Below are positions 28,544 to 37,664 of a DNA stretch of 64,000 nucleotides, piece after piece. Under the pieces are notes generated by a model, which worked only from the letters and a program-made list of their open reading frames with translations, had not been told where the DNA came from and made no database searches. Numbering within the stretch: position 1 is the first letter of the stretch; every line of letters starts with the position of its first letter. Origin of the DNA: a virus; IMG/VR virus record IMGVR_UViG_3300005099_000475, positions 6,274-70,273 of that record, one strand, 5' to 3'. Made by a program: the position numbers and the translations under genes.

Positions 28544-29572
28544 ATGATGTGTAAAATATGGATTCCGTCGGGTTCGACAATGTTGAACCTTGCCTTGACG
28601 GGCAGATACGATCGGGCGTTCGAGGCCGGAAGAATTTACAATATTATTGGCGACAAAGCGGTGGGCAAGACTCTTCTCGCGATGGAAACTTTGACGTGTG
28701 CTTATTATACATTGAAAGATTTGGAGTTGAAACTCGTATATGACGATGCCGAAACAGCGTTCAACCATGAACACGCGAAAGCTCTCGGATGTCCGATGAA
28801 CAAAATCGAGTTGATTTCGTCCGATTCCGTCGAGGATTTCTTCTATAACATCTGCGAAACCATGTCTTCGTTAAAGAACGAACAAGCTTTGATTTATGTT
28901 CTCGATTCTCTTGATGCTTTGACTACTGAGGAAGAAAAGAAAATAGACATTACCGATGGAACTTATGGAACTCAGAAAGCTAAGAAAATGTCCGAAATTT
29001 TCAGAAGAATCTTACAAATGGTGGAAAAAACGAATACCATCCTCATTATTATTTCCCAAATAAGGGAAAATATCGGAACGATGTTTGGGAGAAAGTGGAA
29101 GCGTTCCGGCGGAAAAGCCCTTGACTTTTATGCTTCGAGCATTATAATATTGTCAGAGCTTGGAAAGATAAAGAAAAATGTGGGAGGGTTCGAAAGGGTG
29201 ATCGGAATTGATGTTGGAGTTCAGATTGAAAAAAATAAACAATGGAAACCTTATCGCAGTTGCGCTTTTCCTATTGTCTTCAATTACGGAATAGACGACA
29301 CGACTTCTTGTGTCAACTTTCTTATCGAAGTCAAAAGAATAAATGAGAGCAAAGGTTGGATTGAAATAGAAGGGCAAGACAAAAAAATGAGGAAGGAAGC
29401 CTATGTGAAATGGTTGGAAGAAAATAACAAAGTAGAAGAAATAAGAAAGATGTGTCAGGAGGAATGGGATAAAATTGAAAATACGGTAGACTTCGATAGA
29501 TTACCTAAATGGACAACGAAACACATCCCCCTCACCCCCTCCTCGAAGGGAGGACAGAATGGCACCCCCTAA
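28544..29572 (+). CDS. RecA/UvsX-like recombinase
   Basis: GDKAVGKT, DAE, VLDSLDAL, ISQIRENIG, SGGKALDFYAS, KNK. Confidence 0.93.
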   Translation: MMCKIWIPSGSTMLNLALTGRYDRAFEAGRIYNIIGDKAVGKTLLAMETLTCAYYTLKDLELKLVYDDAETAFNHEHAKALGCPMNKIELISSDSVEDFFYNICETMSSLKNEQALIYVLDSLDALTTEEEKKIDITDGTYGTQKAKKMSEIFRRILQMVEKTNTILIIISQIRENIGTMFGRKWKRSGGKALDFYASSIIILSELGKIKKNVGGFERVIGIDVGVQIEKNKQWKPYRSCAFPIVFNYGIDDTTSCVNFLIEVKRINESKGWIEIEGQDKKMRKEAYVKWLEENNKVEEIRKMCQEEWDKIENTVDFDRLPKWTTKHIPLTPSSKGGQNGTP

Positions 29573-29603
29573 GTTTGACAAATCGAACATTCTGTCCTCC
29601 CTT
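29546..29603 (+). repeat. 16-bp perfect inverted repeat spanning the recA-like stop codon
   Basis: AAGGGAGGACAGAATG (29546-29561) and CATTCTGTCCTCCCTT (29588-29603). Confidence 0.85.
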
Positions 29604-29613
29604 TCTCCCAGAA

Positions 29614-30777
29614 TGTTATAAAAAATTTGAGGAGTGGTTAGGAGAGAAAAATGAACATACATACACATAAGGTTAATTACAGAAGGAACGAGCTTGGTAG
29701 GGTGGAGGTTTGCGGACATCATAGACGAATCATAAACTTTCTGAAAGCGATCAACAATACGGTTTGTTGGGAGATGAGGCTTTCAGATAGGAGATAGAGC
29801 AAATCGGGTTCTTTTTGTGGGAGGTAATAGAAAGAGGATTGATTGATGCAATCCTCGAGAGGATAGAAAAGTTAGAAGAAAAGCATGAAGAGGAGATGAA
29901 GAGATGAGAGACGTGATTTGGACAAAGATAAGGGTATGCGGGCCTTTGGCTAAGTGCTGCGGGCTCTGTAGAGACCTTGTGTTATGATGGATCCCAACCT
30001 TTTATGAAGAATTTTGGAAATGGTTAGGAAAGAAAAATGAACATATACACAGATGGAATACTTTAGTCCTCTCTACATAAAAATGTGCATTACTTGTGAT
30101 CCACTGCAATTTGAGAAATGGCAAGGAGGTTTTGGGGTGGGAGATTATATTTGGAATGGCAAACAAGTTATCTTACTTGCATGGGAATTTATACCAGTTA
30201 AAGCATATTATGGACGTGGCTACCATGAAATATTGGTTGCCATGATGGAAGAGCCAAGTCTGAGATTAGAAACTTCGCTTCCTGATAAAACTGTTTCGAT
30301 CCGGCAAGGAGGGTATGTTTTTAAAAAGCTGCAAAATCCAAAATGGATCCCAACTTTATGGCAATTAGTCTCAATGCTGCGTAATCTGGAAGGAACTCCT
30401 TGGAGAAAGGTAAGCCTTGCAGAAGTTAACCACACCACTTTGTTAGAAGAATACTGCCATTACAAGTATGGGCTGGTTTACTCTTCTGCTAATGGTAAAT
30501 GGATAAGAGAAAACTCAATAGGAGGGGAAAAATGACTTGTTCAAGATGTGGTAGAAAGATTACCTATATGGGCAAAGATGTAGAAGGCTTCGATTTGTTT
30601 GATTGTTTCTACGCTGAAGTAATACAAAAGCAAGATGTAGAGATTAAGGCAAGGTTGGAGTGGAATGGATTTTTGGTAAAGGTTTCACGGCAGCCCGATC
30701 CGTTTGAAACTGAGTATTTTATGCTTTGCCCAACATGTTATGAAGAATTTTGGAAATGGTTAGGAGAGAAAAATGAA
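29614..30777 (+). repeat. three copies of a ~40-bp gene-boundary direct repeat
   Basis: TTATGAAGAATTTTGGAAATGGTTAGGAGAGAAAAATGAA-like copies starting near 29614, 30002 and 30736. Confidence 0.85.
30053..30535 (+). CDS. hypothetical phage protein
   Basis: 160-aa ORF. Confidence 0.6.
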   Translation: MEYFSPLYIKMCITCDPLQFEKWQGGFGVGDYIWNGKQVILLAWEFIPVKAYYGRGYHEILVAMMEEPSLRLETSLPDKTVSIRQGGYVFKKLQNPKWIPTLWQLVSMLRNLEGTPWRKVSLAEVNHTTLLEEYCHYKYGLVYSSANGKWIRENSIGGEK

Positions 30778-30801
30778 GGAGAATTTCAGGAGGCTGGATA
30801 A
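30532..30801 (+). CDS. small zinc-finger protein
   Basis: MTCSRC...LCPTCYEEFWKWL; GGAGG RBS. Confidence 0.6.
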   Translation: MTCSRCGRKITYMGKDVEGFDLFDCFYAEVIQKQDVEIKARLEWNGFLVKVSRQPDPFETEYFMLCPTCYEEFWKWLGEKNEGEFQEAG

Positions 30802-31610
30802 TGTGGAAAGCAACCAATGAAGAATATCCTGTTCTTTCTCTCTTTCTCAAAGAGAAGAAAGAAAATAAAGATATTGAAAATCTTTTTAAATCCAAAAATC
30901 TTAATACTGAAACACTGAACTGTACAGAAATTGATGTAGAAGCTTTACTTACTTTAGCCCATAACGCTTCTTTATTGGAAATAGATGTTCCTCGACTTTT
31001 AGATTCAGCTCTTAAAGCTGAAAGAATCGAACCTGAAAACGATTATAACGATTTATTTCATGTAATCATGTTCTTTCTTATGGACGCGATAATTCGAACT
31101 ATACAACTTCAGTTTGAACGGGACGTTTTGATGGAAAATCCTTACTTCTTTTATAACGAAACGGTTTTTGGAAATAGTTTGGACAAATTTATTTGGAACA
31201 AGTATCCAGACAAAAAAACGCTTGTTTTGGAATTTGAAAGATTTTCCGATCGTATGCCGGTTTGGCAAGTCAAGAAAGTAAGCAGAGAAATAGAAGATAC
31301 GACAGATTGGTCGGACGAAATAAAAAACTTCGTAAACTCGTTTCTCAATAAATTTAGGGATAAAAATAGAGAGCATACGAACGAAGAAATTGTTAACCAA
31401 CTTGGCTTCGACAAGGATTACTATGTTCATTGGCTTGATGTGAGATGCGATAAAGTTTTTAAAAGTCCTTATTCTAACAGCTATTTGGCGATCATATTGA
31501 ATGCGGATTGTAGATGTCTTAAACTCAAAAAATTTATAGAAATCTTATGTAATGCTGAAGGATGGAAGGTTTTTGTTCGTCCTTGGTTGGGAAGGCACTA
31601 TATATTTTGA
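30801..31610 (+). CDS. hypothetical protein
   Basis: 269-aa ORF, TAATG-coupled, GGAGG RBS. Confidence 0.65.
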   Translation: MWKATNEEYPVLSLFLKEKKENKDIENLFKSKNLNTETLNCTEIDVEALLTLAHNASLLEIDVPRLLDSALKAERIEPENDYNDLFHVIMFFLMDAIIRTIQLQFERDVLMENPYFFYNETVFGNSLDKFIWNKYPDKKTLVLEFERFSDRMPVWQVKKVSREIEDTTDWSDEIKNFVNSFLNKFRDKNREHTNEEIVNQLGFDKDYYVHWLDVRCDKVFKSPYSNSYLAIILNADCRCLKLKKFIEILCNAEGWKVFVRPWLGRHYIF

Positions 31611-31901
31611 ATGAATTTTTTGGTTGAAATCTTTCGGGAAATAATACTATTAATGGCGTTTTTTGGACTTATAATCACAGTATTTGGTCCTATCGCTTTT
31701 CTGTATTCCTACGCAAATAACGAAATAAGCGGAGCGAAAGCGATCATTTACTATCTGCTTTCCTCTTTGGGTCTGATAAGTCTGACTTTGTTGATCGATC
31801 ACCAAATATTTTTGAAGCTTTTTACGTTTGCGATCGCCTTTGTCGGCCTTCTGCTTATATGTTTTGTTATAATTGCGATATGGTTGGATAAAATAGTCTA
31901 A
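31611..31901 (+). CDS. three-TM membrane protein
   Basis: Three hydrophobic helices. Confidence 0.6.
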   Translation: MNFLVEIFREIILLMAFFGLIITVFGPIAFLYSYANNEISGAKAIIYYLLSSLGLISLTLLIDHQIFLKLFTFAIAFVGLLLICFVIIAIWLDKIV

Positions 31902-31918
31902 TCAACTTGAAATTTGAA

Positions 31919-32632
31919 TCACTTTTTTCGCCAATCGTAAAAGATGTGACTCCGCCATTTGTTATTTTCCAATTTTTCCGTCCATCTTTCCAACCTTTCT
32001 TTTTTGTCACTAATGGGTTTAATCCTTTTGAAGAATTCTTCGTAAGAAATTTTGTCAAAGTACGGAATTAAGCTTGTCAGAGAGACGTTATAAATTTTGA
32101 CTTCCCTTTCCCATTTGAACGGTTCATAATCTCTTCTCGCGTTTTCCGGTCGAAATTGGCTTATTCTGCCAACTCCTCTGTGTTCGATCTTTCCTTGATA
32201 GAAATGGGTGAAGTATCTTCCGTTTTCGGTCTTTCCCTTATAGTTGTAGTCATAGCCTAAAAGATAAATTTCATCCCCCGGCTCCGAACAAAAAATTGCC
32301 AAAGAAAGGGCGAACATTCCCGAATATCTCGGCGAATAAACCCCTTCGACCAGATTTCTTCTATATGTTCCATGAATCCCGACGATCGAAATGGTATTAT
32401 CCAGATATTCGACATTGTCGAAATGACGACAAATAATCAATGGAATGGATTTTATTTCTTTTTTGTTTCTTTCGTAAAATGGTCGATCGACGCAAACCAA
32501 AATGCTGCAATCGAAGAACTTGTAAGCGTAATTTATCCCGACGTTGAACGTGGATTTAAGTTTTTCCTGAAGACCCAAAAGGATTCCTTCTTTGATTGAG
32601 GAGCCGCCGCCTATTATGATCGTTTGGTTCAT
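31919..32632 (-). CDS. MptE-like/Maf (DUF115)-fold putative transferase
   Basis: IIIGGGSS, VGIN, CVD, SG..AL and IYLLGYD pattern. Confidence 0.7.
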   Translation of the reverse strand: MNQTIIIGGGSSIKEGILLGLQEKLKSTFNVGINYAYKFFDCSILVCVDRPFYERNKKEIKSIPLIICRHFDNVEYLDNTISIVGIHGTYRRNLVEGVYSPRYSGMFALSLAIFCSEPGDEIYLLGYDYNYKGKTENGRYFTHFYQGKIEHRGVGRISQFRPENARRDYEPFKWEREVKIYNVSLTSLIPYFDKISYEEFFKRIKPISDKKERLERWTEKLENNKWRSHIFYDWRKK

Positions 32633-33216
32633 TTTTTTACTTTTCGGCTCAATTGATGATGAACAATGATCGGTTTCTTAATAAAACTGGGAATTCTTCC
32701 GTCTCTTTTTACAATTACAATATATTCGATTGGAATTTCTAATATGGACAAATCATGCATAGATTCAATTACTTGTTGCAAATATCTTTGATCCCAATTG
32801 TCTTCTTTTGTGCATAAATTCTTCCATTTCCTTAAAATCTCAAAAGCTTTTTCGGTCGGATCAAATAGTAGAGTTCCCGACAACAATTCTTTTTTGTTTC
32901 CCGGTTTTCCTCTCCAATACAAATACCAGTCAAGATAATGAAACCCTATATCAAACTTTCCGGCCTTAAAGAACAAAGAGGGAAAATCGACGACTTCCGC
33001 GTCGACGTCGAGAAAGACTATCCTTCGATTGTATTTCTCCAACGCGGTAAAAATTATCGCCGGCTTGATCGAAACGTTTTTAATCCACGAGCCTTTGTCT
33101 TCCACCGCGTAGGCCTCATAGGGCAGATCGAATCGCTTCATCGAAGGTTCGAAAACCTCGAAAAACTGTTCTTCGTATATTGAGTTTTTGGTGTAGTATG
33201 TAATTATTCTAAGCAT
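32629..33216 (-). CDS. GT-A fold nucleotide-diphospho-sugar transferase
   Basis: SW..NV..KP, FLDVDA (DxD), SGTLLF, WDQ, IVHHQ. Confidence 0.8.
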   Translation of the reverse strand: MLRIITYYTKNSIYEEQFFEVFEPSMKRFDLPYEAYAVEDKGSWIKNVSIKPAIIFTALEKYNRRIVFLDVDAEVVDFPSLFFKAGKFDIGFHYLDWYLYWRGKPGNKKELLSGTLLFDPTEKAFEILRKWKNLCTKEDNWDQRYLQQVIESMHDLSILEIPIEYIVIVKRDGRIPSFIKKPIIVHHQLSRKVKK

Positions 33217-33833
33217 TTGTACGGAATAAATTTGTTCAGATGGCTGATCGGCGAAAGGGAATATATCTTCACATGAGGAAATTTTTCTTTTGTTTCGATG
33301 AGAGCCTTTTCCCATTTTTGATAATAGAAATTTAGTTTCTTTTCAAAACGCTTCTGAGATTCACCGTATCCGCCATGGAAATGAGTTTTGTCGCGAACCG
33401 TCTTCAGATCTATTCCCACGAGATTAATTTCCTCAAAATTCAACAGCAACACCAATTGAAGGGCTGCCAAGGCGGAATTGTACCCATGTCTGAATTCTTC
33501 GAACGAGGTGCCAATTCCATCACCTTTTCTTGATTTAATTATGACGTCGAATTCTCGATTCAAATCTTCGTAACGGATGCCGTGTTTGGGATCGTGCCAG
33601 ATCCCGTCATCCAAACGCAACAAATCTGAACAGACAACGAAAAATTTTTGGCAACGAACTTTCGTCATATCGATTTTCTTCAATACTGTGTAGTCGATTG
33701 TAAAAAAGAGTTTGGGGTTGGGAACATAGAATACGGACTTGTTGATGGCAATTGTAAATTCGTCGGACAATCTTTGAAGAAGGGAAGATTCAATCGACGG
33801 TCCTCCACCTATTATGAAGCAGCGACGAATCAT
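33204..33833 (-). CDS. MptE-like/Maf (DUF115)-fold putative transferase, paralogue of 31919-32632
   Basis: IIGGGPS, IAIN, FTID, NSALAALQL, INLVGID, THFHGGY. Confidence 0.72.
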   Translation of the reverse strand: MIRRCFIIGGGPSIESSLLQRLSDEFTIAINKSVFYVPNPKLFFTIDYTVLKKIDMTKVRCQKFFVVCSDLLRLDDGIWHDPKHGIRYEDLNREFDVIIKSRKGDGIGTSFEEFRHGYNSALAALQLVLLLNFEEINLVGIDLKTVRDKTHFHGGYGESQKRFEKKLNFYYQKWEKALIETKEKFPHVKIYSLSPISHLNKFIPYKCLE

Positions 33834-34387
33834 CTGTCGAAAATTGCCAAGGCGATTTTTCCCCGCCTTTCTTCGAAAAGCTTCAGTTCGGATGGATTAC
33901 GACTTTCAATTTCTTCTAACCGCCAAACGCAACGGTGTTTGTCGTATTCATTCTCGTAAGGAACATAATTGTTCAACCAACCTTCCCCGAGCGGGACACT
34001 CATTATGAAACATTTTCGGGATCTTTTCAGACATTCGTCAAAAAGCTCAAGCGAGCATTTTTTATCCAAGTGTTCCAAAATGTCAGTTGCTATTACTAAA
34101 TCATAACATCCCAAAGTCTTGATGGTTCGCCATGCATCACCAATTACGATTTCATCGTAAAAAACTTTTGTCCATTCCAATTCAGAAAAGGGATGGTAAG
34201 CGTCTAACCCAACTATTTTCACCTTCCATTCGATTTTAGATATTCGACCTTCCCAAGTTTCGAGGTATTCGCGGCATAAATAGCCCCATTTTCCGTAGCC
34301 GAATCCCACATCCAATACGGTTTTTGGTTTGATCGTCAAAATTTTTTCGACGATGGGCGTTATTAATTTCGGGGAAGATGATGGCAT
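33830..34387 (-). CDS. class I SAM-dependent methyltransferase
   Basis: VLDVGFGYG, GLDA, GDA, YDLVIATDILEHL. Confidence 0.88.
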   Translation of the reverse strand: MPSSSPKLITPIVEKILTIKPKTVLDVGFGYGKWGYLCREYLETWEGRISKIEWKVKIVGLDAYHPFSELEWTKVFYDEIVIGDAWRTIKTLGCYDLVIATDILEHLDKKCSLELFDECLKRSRKCFIMSVPLGEGWLNNYVPYENEYDKHRCVWRLEEIESRNPSELKLFEERRGKIALAIFDR

Positions 34388-34400
34388 TTTTCAAACGAAG

Positions 34401-34544
34401 CGGAAGGTCGACGAAAAATTCGACCTTCCGGGGTCAATAATCTCGGCCTTGGCGCGACAAGGCCGAGGCGATGATAACTGGAACCGTCTCCGGTTCCGAA
34501 TGCTCCTTCCGCCGTTGGCGGACGAGTCTCCGAATATGGGATTC
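34401..34544. ncRNA. candidate structured RNA (four to five tandem hairpins)
   Basis: Perfect stems at 34401-34430, 34442-34467, 34480-34497 and 34508-34522 in a GC-rich intergenic gap. Confidence 0.5.
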
Positions 34545-35554
34545 AAACTTCTTTCCACGAAATTTCAAGTTCCTCGAAGACATTCACTATTTTGTTGACC
34601 AAAGTGACTTTGTCGTTTCCGGCGAAAAGCAGTCCTACGATATTGAGATTTCCGTCCACAACGCACGAACCGGAATCGCCGGGCTGGGAAAACGGCTTGT
34701 TGCCAATGTTTTCTATCAAAATTTGGTCTTCAAAATAAGCCCATTCTTTTCCTTCTTTATCCATTCCGACCCAACCTTCATAATCCAGAACTTTTATCTT
34801 GCCTTCGGTGACTTGCGTGGTTCTGCCCGACTTCAACACCTTCATTCCCAATTGCGGTTCGTAATTGATGCCTCTTGGTGTTCCCAAATCTGCCAACGTG
34901 GCATCCCATATGTCGGGAAACAATCTCGCAATAGCGCAATCCACTTTGTTGAAATCCTCTTTTTCCTTCTTCGGAATCCGTTCGGGCCTGAAACGGAATC
35001 TGAACCTGCTTCCGCACAAATGCGCGAGAATATTGAGAAACTTGACTATGGCGTCGGAAACTTTACACTTCGCGATTTTGATGGGAACATATCGCCAAAG
35101 AATTCCCACTTTGTCGTTTTCGACCGTTCCTTTATCGTAGGGACCAGGTTGCAAGATTGGGTCTCCTTGTTTACCTTTGTTGACATTTGCCAAAACGTGG
35201 TTGTTGGAGCAAAGAACAAATTCCTTTAATTTCGGTTCATAAGCCATAAACCCGGCTGTTCCCGCCGTGATATCTTTGTGGCCTATTGAAACCCCCATTG
35301 GGAAGGGGCGATGTCTTTTAGTTCTGTCTAAAAAATGAAGAAAAACATCTCCGACCTCCATCACGTCTACGGGCTTTCCCGCGATTTCTTTGGGAATCAC
35401 ATGTCTTTTTTTCAATTCGTTTAGGGGAAGTTTCTTTCTTACCGTTACGACAATTCCCTCACCGACTTCCTTTCCGGTTTCTGGTCATTATTCCCCAACC
35501 GAAACCGTTGACGTTCGGTTTTCTGTGAAGGGCTTTTCTTATTTTGTCCTTCAT
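34543..35554 (-). CDS. trypsin-like (Nal1-like) serine protease, 5' part frameshifted near 35476
   Basis: TAGTAG, SNNHVL, VDCAIA, KSGRTT, GDSGS; upstream frame MKDKIRKALHRKPNVNGFGWG joins after removing one base. Confidence 0.82.
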
Positions 35555-35576
35555 CTTGTTCCCTCTATCTCTTAAT

Positions 35577-35738
35577 TCACAAATGCTCCTTTACCGATAA
35601 TGTTTTTATTTCACCATAGCCCTTAAAACTGGGCATTTCTATGTAAGCTTGAAGACACCAAACTCCGGCTTGGTCAATATCCCCCGATTGGGTGATGTAA
35701 TAAATCCTATGGTTGTTGTTCATATCCTCCCATGTCAT
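35577..35738 (-). pseudogene. 53-codon remnant resembling the C-terminal half of a BppU-like baseplate domain
   Basis: IYYITQSGDIDQAGVWCLQAYIEMPSFKGYGE. Confidence 0.4.
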
Positions 35739-35763
35739 CCCGACTCAATCCTCCAGAAGAAAA

Positions 35764-36504
35764 TTAGCCGGTTACGATCTGACCGCCTAAGTCAGTACAG
35801 TGATTCTGCGAGCTACCCTGAACGTGCACCGAACCTGTGTCCCTAATTTTGCCAAATACGTTCGCCTCCAATCCATGATATGGTTTGGAAGAGTCTGATT
35901 CGGAATCGCTTACTGTAATGTAGGCGTTATGGTAAGCAGAAACAGCCACGACTGCGTATCTAAAGTAACACTGCACAACATGGAAAAACGAAGGACCTGC
36001 TACAAACACAGCCCTCCCATGATTGGCGTCGCTGAAGTCGAAAGAGCAATATTCAACCCAACCGTAACCTGCACACATCCATGAGAAGAACGAGGCATAA
36101 CGCCATGGGTTCGTTAGAGAGTATCTGTTAAAACGAATATACTTGACATATATGCCCACCACATTACTAAGTATATGAAGAATATAATTAGGCGTGTCTC
36201 CTGACACTTGAAACACGACATTCTTCGACAACTGCCTCGTGTTGTCGGAGGCATTCCCAAAAATTTCTATTTTCCCCCCACCCTCAAACCCAATGATGTT
36301 GAGCGCTTCGTCAACGGTGTATGTACCATCTGCAAATTGAAGAGTGACAGTAACATCGTGAGGAATGTACTTACCTAACCTTTCAATCCTTTTGTTTATC
36401 TCGGAGAAGGACATCGAACTATTGAATTCTAAAGTTGTAGAAGACTCTATGATGTTTACGGCTTTTTTCTTTGGCGTAATTATTAAAGGTACTTGAAGAC
36501 TCAT
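35764..36504 (-). CDS. tail fibre/spike-like protein with beta-helix region
   Basis: VTLQFADGTY followed by repetitive beta strands; start at MSLQVP (TAATG coupling). Confidence 0.6.
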   Translation of the reverse strand: MSLQVPLIITPKKKAVNIIESSTTLEFNSSMSFSEINKRIERLGKYIPHDVTVTLQFADGTYTVDEALNIIGFEGGGKIEIFGNASDNTRQLSKNVVFQVSGDTPNYILHILSNVVGIYVKYIRFNRYSLTNPWRYASFFSWMCAGYGWVEYCSFDFSDANHGRAVFVAGPSFFHVVQCYFRYAVVAVSAYHNAYITVSDSESDSSKPYHGLEANVFGKIRDTGSVHVQGSSQNHCTDLGGQIVTG

Positions 36505-37121
36505 TATACAGCTCCTATGTAAACTTTTACGTCTCCGTCGGAAGGAGCAGAAGTTAATCTGATCTTGCAAGTTTTGGCTCCAACTTCGTTGCCCACGACA
36601 AAAATCTCTCCAGAATACCTTGAACCGTCCGATATACCAGGGTTTGGAACAGACACCTCTTCTGTCCATCCTATTTCAGTTCCATTGGCATCCAAGAACA
36701 AAATTCTTGCGTTCACGGAAGCAGATGAATCTGAATAAGAAATCTTAGCGATTATTCTGCCTTTTCCCTCAATAGTAACAGCAGATGATTGAGCATAATC
36801 TCTACAAGTCCATTCGACGGTTCCATCTGTGACTGTTTGTCCTGGAGTTGTCGGCCAGGTAGGTTCGTCTGTCCCAGTGGTTCCGGCGGTGGTGCATTCG
36901 TAATAGTATCCGTTAGATGTAGTGGGTAGAACCCAATCACCAACACTTTTTGCAGTTGATGCGGCCCATTCCGGAATATCCAAAGTTTCCGATGAAGGTA
37001 AGGTCAACAAACCAGCGGCGGGAACCGCAGTCTGATGGTATAAAGTGTTTGACCCTTCCGTTACTTCTCTCGCCCCGACCTTTTTGGCTGTTCCTTCATT
37101 AACTGTAACGTAATCGGCCAT
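36504..37121 (-). CDS. virion protein with Trp/Thr-rich carbohydrate-binding-like module
   Basis: WAASTAKSVGD...YYYECTTAGTTGTDEPTWPT...DGTVEW. Confidence 0.65.
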   Translation of the reverse strand: MADYVTVNEGTAKKVGAREVTEGSNTLYHQTAVPAAGLLTLPSSETLDIPEWAASTAKSVGDWVLPTTSNGYYYECTTAGTTGTDEPTWPTTPGQTVTDGTVEWTCRDYAQSSAVTIEGKGRIIAKISYSDSSASVNARILFLDANGTEIGWTEEVSVPNPGISDGSRYSGEIFVVGNEVGAKTCKIRLTSAPSDGDVKVYIGAV

Positions 37122-37130
37122 CTATCGCTC

Positions 37131-37556
37131 CTACAAAATTCTGATTCTTATATTTCTAATCCTTAATTTTGCTCCATCTTGAGCTGTTTTATTTTCGCCA
37201 AAATCTATATATCCTATTATTGGTTGTTCAGATAAAGAATCATCATACAAAATCGCTCCCGGAGTCGGGCCGATGTTTCCTCCGGAAGCAGTCCATTCGA
37301 CGTCGTCGTAAGAAACCTCCGCTCGATCGTTAGAATCGTCTTCAGTCACGGTCGCTCCGGTTAAGGCTTGTCCTCCCGAAGTGTAACCGTTGCCTTCCGC
37401 CAATTCGTCTGACGAAACGTCCGCCCAAGTTTCGTGGTTGTCTTTGTCGAACGTGAAACCCGACGCCATAAGGGCACATTTTATAGTATCGTTGTCCAGA
37501 TCGATATCGCCTTTTTCGAGAAGGTATTTAAAGTGGTTGGAAAGTTCTGTTGCCAT
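37131..37556 (-). CDS. virion structural protein
   Basis: IDLDNDTIKCAL...GNGYTSGG...AILYDD...IGYIDFG pattern typical of tail-associated proteins. Confidence 0.65.
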   Translation of the reverse strand: MATELSNHFKYLLEKGDIDLDNDTIKCALMASGFTFDKDNHETWADVSSDELAEGNGYTSGGQALTGATVTEDDSNDRAEVSYDDVEWTASGGNIGPTPGAILYDDSLSEQPIIGYIDFGENKTAQDGAKLRIRNIRIRIL

Positions 37557-37664
37557 TGTTCTCCTCCATCACATTTACCATCTAAACAAGAAAAAGGGAA
37601 AATTTGTCGATTTTTCATTCCTTTCTCATTTTCCAATCGCCGAAATCAATACTTTTTCTATAAA

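Noticed and set aside
29614-30777. Possible CRISPR mini-array from the three direct repeats
   Set aside because: Spacing is about 390 and 735 bp, the repeats are coding and non-palindromic, and no cas genes are present.
34401-34544. tRNA, SAM-I or fluoride riboswitch, or hammerhead ribozyme
   Set aside because: No T-loop/D-loop cloverleaf and no intact conserved cores were found by eye; kept only as an unclassified RNA candidate.
34471-35229. 252-aa plus-strand ORF and other long antisense ORFs (e.g. 61735-62436, 11306-11902)
   Set aside because: They are shadows of well-supported minus-strand genes and show no recognisable motifs.
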